Shown: positions 1 through 8,898 of the stretch, piece by piece
Layout of the letters: each line of letters begins with the position of its first letter
Numbering within the stretch: position 1 is the stretch's first letter
Origin: a virus
IMG/VR virus record: IMGVR_UViG_3300045988_159775
Length of the DNA stretch: 64,000 nt
Strand: one strand, 5' to 3'
The notes under the pieces: model-generated
Database searches by the model: none
What the model saw: only the letters and a program-made list of their open reading frames with translations
Told to the model about the DNA's origin: nothing
Translations under genes and position numbers: made by a program

Positions 1-1579
1 CAGTCAAAGGTTTCAGTACCAATCCCATAGCCAATTCCTCAACTTTGGAAGTATTGTATGTCATTCCGTATCCTAAATACAATTGGAATTCATAGACAAT
101 AGTAGGAGATTCCCAAGCGGATGTTTCATTATTATAGGTTGAGTAAATTTTAACAGTAGTAAGCGGTGTTAAAGGTCTTGCATTTGATACCGTTACATCT
201 CCATCTGGACCAGCGCCATAATGCATATAAAGGTAATCCTTTATCATGTTAAAAATTTCCGGTTTTTCAAAATTGAATGGGAAGAATCTTGTATAATCGT
301 ATTCAATAATACTACCATATCCCCATTGAACCTGAGTATATCCGATTAAGTTAATTTCTAACATACCGTTCCATATGTTCATATCAACGGTTTTCGAATC
401 GGTATTAGGATAACCTAAGGCAGTAAGGGTAATTAAAGCATGAGGAGTTTCCAAACCGTTCATTATTCTCCGGTCGGCTTCTATCTTAGAAAATGCTGAA
501 TCGTAACCGTCTCCCGGTAAAATATTCTCATGAGTTTCTTCCGCAGGCGTCCAATCTGTAGGTAAACTCAAACGTACTCCTTTTAGAGAATTTTGTAACT
601 TTGCTATTGCTACTTCCACCGTATCATTATTATTTACCGGAACGGTGGATTTTATAGCAGCAAATTCCTTGGAAAGTTTAATCCCAGTAGCCGTTTTAAA
701 GCTATTAATCCAACGCTGCATTTTGGATAATACCGTGTATAATGTATCATTTGCCCTTGGATCAATAGGTGCTCCGGAAACGGCTAAAGCCGGAACCAAA
801 ACTTTCAATATAGCAGAGGATGACGTACCCTCAGCAATAGCCTTTATAACTATTTCGTATAACGTAGAATAATTATTAGCAATATTTTCTATGGATTGAT
901 CTTGAATCTCTTTATCCTTAAGATAAGTATCATACAAAACCAAGCCACCTTTCTTGTCTCCAATTCCAGAGAGGGCTGAAAGATAATTGAAATAAAGTCC
1001 TTTATTCCAAATCAATGAGTTTCCCGTCTCTTTGGATAGCAAAGAACTCAAATGAATCTTAAATAATCCCAAGTTAGGACTCGTATCAGGAAGCGGCGCT
1101 TTTCCAAATAAATAAGATTCCGTGAAGTTTATTTCGTCCGTTGGAACTTCGGTAAACGGAAAATCCAAACGAGTAGTTTCTGAATTGAAGACACCCGTTA
1201 CACCGTCCATTGTTAAGTTACTGGAAGAAATAAAATAGGAAGCGTTTGCGGCAAGATCATCTACTAACAAATTCCCGTTTACATCAACGTATTGAATTTT
1301 AGTAGTCGCTATGGAAATTGCTAAAGCGTCCGATTTATCTCTCAAAACATAGAACTTACCTAAAGATAACCCCACGGTATTAGCAATATTCTTCAACTCC
1401 GAATACGTTATGGACGAAAGAATACTTTGATTGATTATAACCCATTGTTTTAGATTGTAATCATAAACCTTATGAACTTGCTGACTCGGCGTAGAATCCC
1501 ACCAAATTAGCTTTATATTTTCGGGGGGATTGGTTCCAACGTATATCCCCGCAACCTGTCCTATGTTACTACTTGCCAT
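1..1579 (-). CDS. hypothetical virion-module protein, partial (C-terminus beyond left edge)
   Basis: ATG at 1579 (ATGGCAAGTAGTAAC = MASSNIGQVAGIYVGTNPPENIKLIWW...) lies 4 nt after the portal stop. About 67 codons translated by hand contain no stop, and no complete minus ORF is listed here, so the frame must run off the edge. Confidence 0.5.
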   Translation of the reverse strand, partial: MASSNIGQVAGIYVGTNPPENIKLIWWDSTPSQQVHKVYDYNLKQWVIINQSILSSITYSELKNIANTVGLSLGKFYVLRDKSDALAISIATTKIQYVDVNGNLLVDDLAANASYFISSSNLTMDGVTGVFNSETTRLDFPFTEVPTDEINFTESYLFGKAPLPDTSPNLGLFKIHLSSLLSKETGNSLIWNKGLYFNYLSALSGIGDKKGGLVLYDTYLKDKEIQDQSIENIANNYSTLYEIVIKAIAEGTSSSAILKVLVPALAVSGAPIDPRANDTLYTVLSKMQRWINSFKTATGIKLSKEFAAIKSTVPVNNNDTVEVAIAKLQNSLKGVRLSLPTDWTPAEETHENILPGDGYDSAFSKIEADRRIMNGLETPHALITLTALGYPNTDSKTVDMNIWNGMLEINLIGYTQVQWGYGSIIEYDYTRFFPFNFEKPEIFNMIKDYLYMHYGAGPDGDVTVSNARPLTPLTTVKIYSTYNNETSAWESPTIVYEFQLYLGYGMTYNTSKVEELAMGLVLKPLT

Positions 1580-1583
1580 AAAA

Positions 1584-3290
1584 TTAATTATTTAATTCTT
1601 TTTCCAAAAATGCATCGAAAGCCTTGACAAAGGAATTTTGAGCTTTTTCTGTATCTTCATCCTCCGTTTCTTCCTCGTCCCCCTCGGCATATAAATCAAA
1701 CGGGTTTTCCGGCTCTGCTTCCTCTTCTTCTCCGTCTGGAGTAGGTACTGCACCGCCACCCGATAAATCGCCGCCTTGAGCACCCATAACAGCCGCATTC
1801 TTTGACTGAACAAATACGGCATTCTCTATAATATCTCCACCCTCCAAAGGTTTCATTTCATACTTCTCGCGAATTTCATTGATAGTGGCGAACGCTTGAA
1901 CTTTCTTTATATCCAATTCAAGTTCTTGATCAATGGTCATGCCGTTGAGACCCATAAATACAAATTCATAATCCGGATGAATTTGTTCTACAATATATTT
2001 ATTTATCTTTCTTTGCAAGAATTTCAAAAGTGGATATAATCCTTTATCTTTTGAGTTTTGTAAACGTTTTTCTTGACTTCCCTCAAAAAGTCCGTTTCTT
2101 CCAGAAGAGCGCGAAATATCCCAACCAATTTCTATTGGATCTATATTAAAGATAGCACAAGCGATCTTTATCAAATATTCCATCCAAGAACTGTATTCCA
2201 TATCGCGGTTATTCTTCTGCAAATCTATCCACTCTACGTCTTGATTAACAACGGGAGTTTTCCAAGATTGCATTACGCCAGTTATCATAGATTGCCATTG
2301 TTGTTTAAATTGCTGAAGCGCAGTTTCGTTAACCGCCCCCTTTACGCGCAACATACCTTTAGGCGCAGAACCCTGACTGAAGAAACGGCGATTATATTCA
2401 TCGCCCCAAAGTAAAGATGTTACAACGTTGATTAGTTCTTCCAACTCAGAACAACCGTAACCGTTAGCAAAAATCGAAGTACTTGGATTACGAACGCCAA
2501 AACAAAGTTCCCATGGATAAAATTCACTAACTTTGACATTTTGATAAACCTGAACATAAGCCGGATAATATCCCTTTATTTTTGGTCCATAATCCGATTT
2601 ATCTTGCCCCCAAAGTCCCTTATCATTAGAAAAATATGGTATATCGTAATCTTTAGCGAAGAAAGAATTCGCCATACGGAAAGTAGCCGCGTCAGTAGCT
2701 ACAAAAGATTCAACCTTTCCTCTGCGGTTTCTCATGATCTCAAAGGTCATTTGATCGTAGGTCAAAGAGTCGTCAACAATCTTACGAATGAAAGTATCAA
2801 AGTCATCATGTTCCCATTCTCCTACATTACCGCCCTTTAGCAAAAAGTCTGTAATAGCAAAGGCAATGCGCTTGTCTTTGTTATCCATCTTTTGCTCTAC
2901 GCCATTCTTAGATTTTTTTCGTACTACGAATCCGGTTGAGTATTTATTCTCTTGAGGTTCTGCAAAATCTGCTACTTGGTTTTTACGAGTCTTAATGATA
3001 GAATTGATAATAGGGGTTTTAGACATCCTCTTAAGCGTAGTGTACGACAATGAGAATGACTTATCCTTATATCCAAGATTGGAGTTAAATTCAAGAGGAT
3101 CAATAAAAAAGGCTTTAGGTTGCATCGCTTGATTTTCCTTTTGCTGAATAGTATTCAAAGCCTTTTGAGCTCGCAATATATCATCGGGGGAATCTGAGCG
3201 GATAGCCTTTTCAATCGTCCTCATTTGCTTAACTCGTAATTTCGCATTCGCTAAATCAATAGCATCTAATTGCTTCCAAAGTTCAGCCAT
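1584..3290 (-). CDS. portal protein
   Basis: About 570 aa with portal-like blocks (YPWELCFGVRNPS, SELEELINVVTSLLWGDEYNRRFFSQGSAPKGML) and an acidic C-terminal tail. The track start at 3365 is TTG, so I prefer the ATG at 3290 (MAELWKQL). Confidence 0.75.
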   Translation of the reverse strand: MAELWKQLDAIDLANAKLRVKQMRTIEKAIRSDSPDDILRAQKALNTIQQKENQAMQPKAFFIDPLEFNSNLGYKDKSFSLSYTTLKRMSKTPIINSIIKTRKNQVADFAEPQENKYSTGFVVRKKSKNGVEQKMDNKDKRIAFAITDFLLKGGNVGEWEHDDFDTFIRKIVDDSLTYDQMTFEIMRNRRGKVESFVATDAATFRMANSFFAKDYDIPYFSNDKGLWGQDKSDYGPKIKGYYPAYVQVYQNVKVSEFYPWELCFGVRNPSTSIFANGYGCSELEELINVVTSLLWGDEYNRRFFSQGSAPKGMLRVKGAVNETALQQFKQQWQSMITGVMQSWKTPVVNQDVEWIDLQKNNRDMEYSSWMEYLIKIACAIFNIDPIEIGWDISRSSGRNGLFEGSQEKRLQNSKDKGLYPLLKFLQRKINKYIVEQIHPDYEFVFMGLNGMTIDQELELDIKKVQAFATINEIREKYEMKPLEGGDIIENAVFVQSKNAAVMGAQGGDLSGGGAVPTPDGEEEEAEPENPFDLYAEGDEEETEDEDTEKAQNSFVKAFDAFLEKELNN

Positions 3291-3340
3291 AGGTATTTTA
3301 CGATTATATATTTTTCTTTTGTTATCTATAATTGTTCTAT

Positions 3341-3386
3341 GTGTAAACAGAAGAAAGGGAAACAACCGTTAAGCCATTTCCCCTTC
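3341..3386 (-). terminator. possible hairpin terminator upstream of the portal gene
   Basis: Minus strand GAAGGGGAAA-N14-TTTCCCTTTC forms 10 bp with one G.U, followed by TTCTGTTT. The U-tract is weak, and the call only holds if the portal starts at 3290. Confidence 0.3.
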
Positions 3387-3471
3387 CGCCATCAATCAAA
3401 AAATTATGAAACAAACTTAGATAAAATTGTTTAACCCTTTAAACAAAATACAATACAAAATATCGCGTCTC

Positions 3472-4011
3472 TTATGCAGGGATAGTGATTGCTAATTCAA
3501 TAGCTTTGTCCGCGTCTGCTTCCCAACTTCCCGGATCACCTGAATTAATTTCTCCTTTAGGAAGTTTGATTTCATACGTCCATCCCTCCAAAATCTTCAA
3601 AGTCTTAACTTGATCATTATTCAAAGTAATAACGTCCTGAATCGGATTCTCTCCCTCTTTTGTAGCGTTCAGCGTAATTTCGCACTGAGTTGCTCCCGTA
3701 ATAGTAGGAGTAATAACGAGATTGAACGTTGTAGCTTCCAATACTACTATCTGTTCACCTCCGTAAATATAACCGTTATAAGTAGTGGAATAATCCTTGA
3801 ACCATTTTTCCATCTCTGCAACGGTCATAACGGTGCTTTGATTGAACGGCATGATAGTTTCAAATTCTGTACCGCGAACTCCCTCAAGATACATAATAGT
3901 GAAGCGATCATTACCGTCAATAATGTCCGTGCGAAGAGTGCATTTTTCTCCGCTTGTCTTATTAACAAATACAAAATCTTTCATATTTTCTTTCTTAAAT
4001 TGTAAAAACAT
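3472..4011 (-). CDS. hypothetical protein
   Basis: 179-aa ORF with an ATG start that abuts the upstream gene's stop. No motif recognised. Confidence 0.5.
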   Translation of the reverse strand: MFLQFKKENMKDFVFVNKTSGEKCTLRTDIIDGNDRFTIMYLEGVRGTEFETIMPFNQSTVMTVAEMEKWFKDYSTTYNGYIYGGEQIVVLEATTFNLVITPTITGATQCEITLNATKEGENPIQDVITLNNDQVKTLKILEGWTYEIKLPKGEINSGDPGSWEADADKAIELAITIPA

Positions 4012-4338
4012 TTACTCTTTATAACTGTCAAAGACTTCTTCAATCTTCGCTACCGCTGCGACATCGTATATTAAATAACGACTTGAAAGAGTTTCATGAA
4101 TTATTATCGGCTCATCAACAAATTCCTTTAATACCGTATTGTCGTCCAAACTTGAAATTTCGGGAACGTTCCGTATTTCGTCCCATAGCTTATTGAAAGC
4201 ATCCACTAATAACCCATCTTCCATGAGCGTATTCGACAAATAACGCATCCGGGGTACAGAAGTATCAATTTCAATAGCTGCTAATTGTAGGTCAATTTCT
4301 AACGGCTCTTTCATAGCCGTAACTTTCTTTGAATACAT
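4012..4338 (-). CDS. hypothetical protein
   Basis: I chose the internal ATG at 4338 (MYSKKVTAMKEPLE), which lies just downstream of the stop of the upstream gene at 4346. Confidence 0.45.
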   Translation of the reverse strand: MYSKKVTAMKEPLEIDLQLAAIEIDTSVPRMRYLSNTLMEDGLLVDAFNKLWDEIRNVPEISSLDDNTVLKEFVDEPIIIHETLSSRYLIYDVAAVAKIEEVFDSYKE

Positions 4339-4345
4339 ACGCCGT

Positions 4346-5494
4346 TTATAGTGTTTTAGTTTTAGGAACGAATTTTGAACGCTGTTTACCCTCACCGATA
4401 ATCATTTTCCAGTACTTCTGGAATTCGCATAACCACATTTCAATCTGATGCAAGGTTATCCCCTCGTACATCATTAAGTTGGAATCTTTTTTGTATTCGT
4501 TGTACTCATTCCGGTTATAAATGAAATACTTCTTATTTTTGTAATCCCAACCCAGATACGGAAACGGTTCACTCTTTTCTTTCTCTATATCCTCAAGCAT
4601 GGAATCTGCGCAATCTCTTAACCAATAGATAGCTTTCTTTTGCTCTCGAACGGTTCTAAGACTGGGGTAAATAAGCCGGATGCCTATAGAAGCACCGGGA
4701 CCAACATTCGTAAAGGCGTTTTGATCGAACTTCATAAATTTCTTCTTCGTATAACGCCCAATATACGTAAAGTCCTGATAAAACTCATGAGCAATGAAAT
4801 CAGCAACCGCTGGAAAGGTCTTCAAATACTCTATAATATCCTCCGGCTTCTTAGCTATGACAACCTTTGCTATAAGTTCGTTCATATGCTTATGAAGATG
4901 AGGTATTACTACACGAGTGTAACAATAATCTCTCGGTTGACCGGGAGTTGCTTGAGAATTTATAAGATACGCTGTTGTGTAAGGATTCTGACCGGAAGAT
5001 CGTATTCCAGCAATAAAACGCGAAAATTCATCTTCATCATATTCTTCCCAATCCGGTATTCCGTTACGCCATTGCTTTGCTGAAATGAGATCATCCTTTC
5101 CTTGAGCTTGTTTAAGTCCTGACTTGATAGGTGCTCCAAACATATCCATTTGGAGCGTCTTTCCTTTAGGTTCAAACTCAAAAGTTTCGGGATTGTTAAA
5201 GAAGCGGAAAACCATCATCTTCCAAATAAGGTTTTTAAGAGAAAGACTTTTATCAAGAAGAATGTTTTTGATTTGCCATTGGCTATTTCTATCCAATTCC
5301 CGATATACGTTGGTAAACTTCGATTCTTGAAATATCTTGTTATCTGTCCAAGGACGCTCTTTTTGGTCAATAAACCTCCGTTTCCAGATCATCTGACGTT
5401 CGTACATAGTCTCAAAGAATAACCTCAAATGAGGTTTATAAACCTCCAAGGATTCATCCGGAAGTTTGCTATACCAAGCTGAATTTTCAAACAT
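4346..5494 (-). CDS. aGPT-Pplase-like protein (alpha-glutamyl/putrescinyl thymine pyrophosphorylase family, putative DNA base hypermodification enzyme)
   Basis: The N-terminal block YERQMIWKRRFIDQKERPWTDNKIFQESKFTNVYRELDRNSQ matches the family signature as I remember it (W-x-R, PWT-D, F-x-N-V-Y-R-E-L-D-R). It has not been checked against an HMM. Confidence 0.55.
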   Translation of the reverse strand: MFENSAWYSKLPDESLEVYKPHLRLFFETMYERQMIWKRRFIDQKERPWTDNKIFQESKFTNVYRELDRNSQWQIKNILLDKSLSLKNLIWKMMVFRFFNNPETFEFEPKGKTLQMDMFGAPIKSGLKQAQGKDDLISAKQWRNGIPDWEEYDEDEFSRFIAGIRSSGQNPYTTAYLINSQATPGQPRDYCYTRVVIPHLHKHMNELIAKVVIAKKPEDIIEYLKTFPAVADFIAHEFYQDFTYIGRYTKKKFMKFDQNAFTNVGPGASIGIRLIYPSLRTVREQKKAIYWLRDCADSMLEDIEKEKSEPFPYLGWDYKNKKYFIYNRNEYNEYKKDSNLMMYEGITLHQIEMWLCEFQKYWKMIIGEGKQRSKFVPKTKTL

Positions 5495-5495
5495 A

Positions 5496-5828
5496 TTAAA
5501 GATTTTTTGAATTTACTCTCATTATGAATTCTCGTTTTGCTTCCAATACTCCGCGTTGCATTAATTTCAAGAGTTGAGTTTTGGGAAGTTTTCTGAAAGG
5601 ACGCTTTGGATTTGTTATAAGACGGATATTTCTAATATCAAAATTACACATATTTTCCGTATTCTTTTCCTTACCTACGAAATAAGCTATTACTAAAGGC
5701 AAATACTCATTACCATGCATCTTCGATATTTCAAAAAGTTTATTGCCCCAAACGCTTTCATCCTCGTCTTTAACAATATCCCCAACACGGAAATATTTCC
5801 AATAATTATTATTGCTACTTTCTTTCAT
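5496..5828 (-). CDS. hypothetical protein
   Basis: 110-aa ORF tightly packed against 4346..5494. Confidence 0.5.
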   Translation of the reverse strand: MKESSNNNYWKYFRVGDIVKDEDESVWGNKLFEISKMHGNEYLPLVIAYFVGKEKNTENMCNFDIRNIRLITNPKRPFRKLPKTQLLKLMQRGVLEAKREFIMRVNSKNL

Positions 5829-5861
5829 GATTAAATAAACGTTGATATTTATATTAACTAT

Positions 5862-5910
5862 GGAAAGAAAAATAAATCCCGTTTTAAATCTTCACAGATT
5901 AACGGGATTT
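5862..5910 (-). terminator. rho-independent terminator
   Basis: Minus strand AAATCCCGTT-N17-AACGGGATTT (10-bp stem) followed by ATTTTTCTTTCC, downstream of the 5973 stop. Confidence 0.6.
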
Positions 5911-5972
5911 TCGGGTTACATAAAATGGTTAAGTAAGCATAAAAAGAATCATACAAAATATATCTGGAATTC

Positions 5973-6599
5973 TTATAGTCTAAATGTTGCTAACTGCTTA
6001 GGAGCTAAAGCGTATTTCTTATTATCCTTGAGTTGAAGCAAAATTTCGCATGCTCTTAAGTCCACAAGAATATTAGAAATGGCTCTTACTTCTTCGTTAT
6101 ACTTTCTTCTTGCTTCGGCTTCCTTTACACTCTTAGCAAAGTTGTATTTCTTATCTACCTTTGCAGAATGTTCTGCGGAAAGAGAACCCATTACACTTGT
6201 TTGACTACGATCATTATATTCCATTTCGTTCCACTCGTAGATTTTGTATGGTACTTCAATTCTTAAATCATCCGTCCACCATGGATTTGTACTATGTCTG
6301 GGAGCATCTCCGCAATCTTCCAAAAGATTATCCGCAGCAGTTTTCTTTTCCTCTAATTGAGCATTCAATTCGGGAATAAGAATGTTTTGTACAGATTCTT
6401 TGATCTCTTTTCCGGTTTTCGTAATCTGAATATTACCGCCATATTGTATAGCGTTCATAACGTCTGACTTTTCAATATCGTCAACCGTAGTTTCTTCCGC
6501 CTTTTGAATTCTTTCCTCCGTTTCACCTCCACAGACGCTGTAAATACGCTGAGAACGGACGTTCATTGCCGCGCGAATGCTTTTCATTACATCATCCAT
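5973..6599 (-). CDS. hypothetical protein
   Basis: 208-aa ORF with an ATG start at 6599. Confidence 0.5.
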   Translation of the reverse strand: MDDVMKSIRAAMNVRSQRIYSVCGGETEERIQKAEETTVDDIEKSDVMNAIQYGGNIQITKTGKEIKESVQNILIPELNAQLEEKKTAADNLLEDCGDAPRHSTNPWWTDDLRIEVPYKIYEWNEMEYNDRSQTSVMGSLSAEHSAKVDKKYNFAKSVKEAEARRKYNEEVRAISNILVDLRACEILLQLKDNKKYALAPKQLATFRL

Positions 6600-6602
6600 T
6601 CT

Positions 6603-6791
6603 TTATTCCTCCTCTTCGGTCTTTATGTATTTAACGTACAAAATGTGAAGAATCCATCCCGCAATAACTCCGCCTACGGCTACCACTAAGTTAGAAAGAC
6701 TAACCCAAACTGGAGTGTAATGCATGTACAAGAGAATTCCGATAACTGCCAAAACCGCGACAGCAATCCAAATGATAGTTTTCCTTTTCAT
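6603..6791 (-). CDS. small membrane protein (two predicted TM helices)
   Basis: MKRKTIIWIAVAVLAVIGILLY...LVVAVGGVIAGWILHILYV has two hydrophobic spans and an acidic tail. The topology is holin-like, but no lysin is nearby. Confidence 0.5.
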   Translation of the reverse strand: MKRKTIIWIAVAVLAVIGILLYMHYTPVWVSLSNLVVAVGGVIAGWILHILYVKYIKTEEEE

Positions 6792-6800
6792 ATAAAGTCT

Positions 6801-7775
6801 CTATTTTATTAATGATCCATAAAAATCTTCCAATGTGTACAACTTATTATACTTGTACTTATCTTTGTTTTGTTTAACGTCCTCCAGCATATTCTCCAAC
6901 AAACTCTTTCCATTCTCCGTCAAGTAATTCATTTCGTTATATACCGAAAGGTTCAACCAAGTCATTTTAAGGTTAAAGATAACCTTTCCCAATACTTCCT
7001 CATACGCCATCCCCGTAAAATCCGAAAACCGCGAAGCAATCCAAGTAGCCATTGTTATAAAATCTACATCTTTGGGCTCTTTATACGGGGTTATACTTTT
7101 GATAAACTTTTCAAAACCCTTATCGCCTACTCCCGGCTTAACTTTAGGTATGTTATCTGAATTGTCTCCCATTAAGACTTTATACAAAAGAACTTCAAAT
7201 GGGCGTATTGCTTTTACTTGTACGTCTGAATCAAAGTATTCATTCCAAAATACCTCCCTTTCCGGAACGCAATGCAAAGAGATATTTTTGGAATTGTTAT
7301 TAAACAAAGAAACGTTAGGTGTCATTATTTGACCAATGTCAGAATCTCCCGTAACTATTACCAATTCCTCCTCTTTTATCCAACCAAAGTATAATGACCA
7401 AACGTAAAGTAGATCATCCCCCTCAGCGCCCATGACTCTACTGACTATAATTCCTTTTTTACGTAGAAGATTCTCAAACATATCCAAACACGTCAGAAAA
7501 TGCTTGTAATATGGATCTCTGACTCTCGTTAGTGCGTACTTATAATCATCATAGAAACTATATCGCCAAGACGTTGAATCTATAACGAACGCTACGCGCT
7601 CAACGTCCTTAAATCTCTTTACTGTAAAACAAAGGTCTATTATACATTTGCGCATAAGAACTTGTTGTTTCTCTTTGTCTTGAAGAACTTCTCCAATATC
7701 TTGACCTTTGTAGTAGGTAGAGAAGATATTGAAATTGCGGTGGTACAGATAATTACCGTCAAATAATATATTCAT
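6801..7775 (-). CDS. 5'-3' exonuclease / flap endonuclease (PIN-like, T4 RNase H / Pol I N-domain family)
   Basis: Motifs seen: LFDGNYLYHR, VAFVIDS, MGAEGDDLLY and IVTGDSDIGQI. Confidence 0.8.
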   Translation of the reverse strand: MNILFDGNYLYHRNFNIFSTYYKGQDIGEVLQDKEKQQVLMRKCIIDLCFTVKRFKDVERVAFVIDSTSWRYSFYDDYKYALTRVRDPYYKHFLTCLDMFENLLRKKGIIVSRVMGAEGDDLLYVWSLYFGWIKEEELVIVTGDSDIGQIMTPNVSLFNNNSKNISLHCVPEREVFWNEYFDSDVQVKAIRPFEVLLYKVLMGDNSDNIPKVKPGVGDKGFEKFIKSITPYKEPKDVDFITMATWIASRFSDFTGMAYEEVLGKVIFNLKMTWLNLSVYNEMNYLTENGKSLLENMLEDVKQNKDKYKYNKLYTLEDFYGSLIK

Positions 7776-7804
7776 TGATTACGCTTTTTGTTTTTAAGTT
7801 ACTC

Positions 7805-7846
7805 TTAAAATAACCGTGGGGGAATTCCCGAAGAACTCACCCCACG
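7805..7846 (-). terminator. rho-independent terminator
   Basis: Minus strand CGTGGGG-N18-CCCCACG, GC-rich with inner GAGTTC/GAATTC pairing, followed by GTTATTTTAAG. Confidence 0.55.
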
Positions 7847-7873
7847 TTGCCAAAACATAAAAATACAGAACTA

Positions 7874-8056
7874 TTAATCAAGAAATTTTACTTTGTTTAT
7901 TTGTGCTTTCTTATTTTCTTCTAATTGTTTATTTATTTCCGTCTTTCTTCCGTCCTCGTATCCTGAAAAGAATGAACTGTCTAATTTCGTTCTACGTTGC
8001 TTTGAATTACTCATATTGTATTTTTTGTCTGATATACTCTTGGATTGCTTCTTCAT
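7874..8056 (-). CDS. small basic hypothetical protein
   Basis: 60-aa Lys/Ser-rich ORF that overlaps the 3' end of 8007..8642. An alternative ATG lies at 8014. Confidence 0.3.
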   Translation of the reverse strand: MKKQSKSISDKKYNMSNSKQRRTKLDSSFFSGYEDGRKTEINKQLEENKKAQINKVKFLD

Positions 8057-8642
8057 TACGAATTGTCAAAGCGGTAACTTTATCAGAAAAGTCTTTATCA
8101 TTCTTCTCGGTTGATATTTTTTCTTCCTCAAACTTATCTTCCAAACCTCTAACACAGCCCATTAAATAGCGTCTTAAATAGGTATCCAAACCTATCGGTT
8201 CACAAGCGTATGCCTCCGTTTCCTTATGACGGTTAAATCTATTTTTGCCAAGAGCAACAAAGCGATCGCAAAGCATAAAATACATCCATTTTACAGTTTC
8301 CATGTTCTCCTTTTTACCAAAGAACATCATTTGCTTATTCTTATGATCTCCATAATGGGCTGCTTTACAAAAGTTATATTTACAAAGAACGTCCATCAAC
8401 GCAAATTCCCACTGACCTCCTATGAACTTTATTCGATAACAAGACATAATTTCCTCTTTTATTGCGTCATCTTCTTCGTCCCGTTCAATATCTCCCATGG
8501 AGAGGTTATATTCAGCAAGAAGTCTTTGTATAGCTGCCGCTGCTGCATTTGCTTCTCCCTCTGATTTGATCTTCTTCGCACCCTCGTATAACTTCATTAA
8601 TTTTTGAAGTTTCCCCTTTATTTTATCTAAGTTGTCTGACAT
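8007..8642 (-). CDS. DUF2786-like protein
   Basis: The N-terminus KIKGKLQKLMKLYEGAKKIKSEGEANAAAAAIQRLLAEYNLS resembles the DUF2786 helical motif. The track start at 8681 is GTG; I used the ATG at 8642. Confidence 0.45.
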   Translation of the reverse strand: MSDNLDKIKGKLQKLMKLYEGAKKIKSEGEANAAAAAIQRLLAEYNLSMGDIERDEEDDAIKEEIMSCYRIKFIGGQWEFALMDVLCKYNFCKAAHYGDHKNKQMMFFGKKENMETVKWMYFMLCDRFVALGKNRFNRHKETEAYACEPIGLDTYLRRYLMGCVRGLEDKFEEEKISTEKNDKDFSDKVTALTIRNEEAIQEYIRQKIQYE

Positions 8643-8655
8643 AACGCGTTCCTCC

Positions 8656-8814
8656 TTATAAAATTCTAATTTCTGCTCCACCTACTTTCTTATCACCGCA
8701 ATTCAAAGTCTCGTATTTCATCGTTGTAAGATTGAATACTATTTCCAAAGTTACGCTTCCATTCTCCGTTCTATCATAAACAGTACTGATATGACGATAC
8801 ATTTTGTTTTTCAT
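8656..8814 (-). CDS. small hypothetical ORF (52 aa, below the track cutoff)
   Basis: Hand translation from the ATG at 8814 gives MKNKMYRHISTVYDRTENGSVTLEIVFNLTTMKYETLNCGDKKVGGAEIRIL, ending with TAA at 8656-8658. Confidence 0.25.
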   Translation of the reverse strand: MKNKMYRHISTVYDRTENGSVTLEIVFNLTTMKYETLNCGDKKVGGAEIRIL

Positions 8815-8898
8815 TACGAATATAACGTTTTAGTTAGTATTGAATATGAACGCTGTTGCATAAGCCAATGTGTTTTCTGTTCTTACTGTTGTTTTCAT

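Noticed and set aside
5874-5910. A shared 11-mer ATCTTCACAGA in the loops of the terminators at 5874-5910 and 26738-26763, as evidence for a terminator repeat family.
   Set aside because: A single 11-mer match between two sites is expected by chance many times in 64 kb of AT-rich DNA, and the stems are unrelated.
5842-6036. 64-aa plus-strand ORF in the 5829-5972 spacer.
   Set aside because: It spans a minus-strand terminator hairpin and runs into the 3' end of the 5973-6599 gene. It has no start context and lies on the otherwise non-coding strand.
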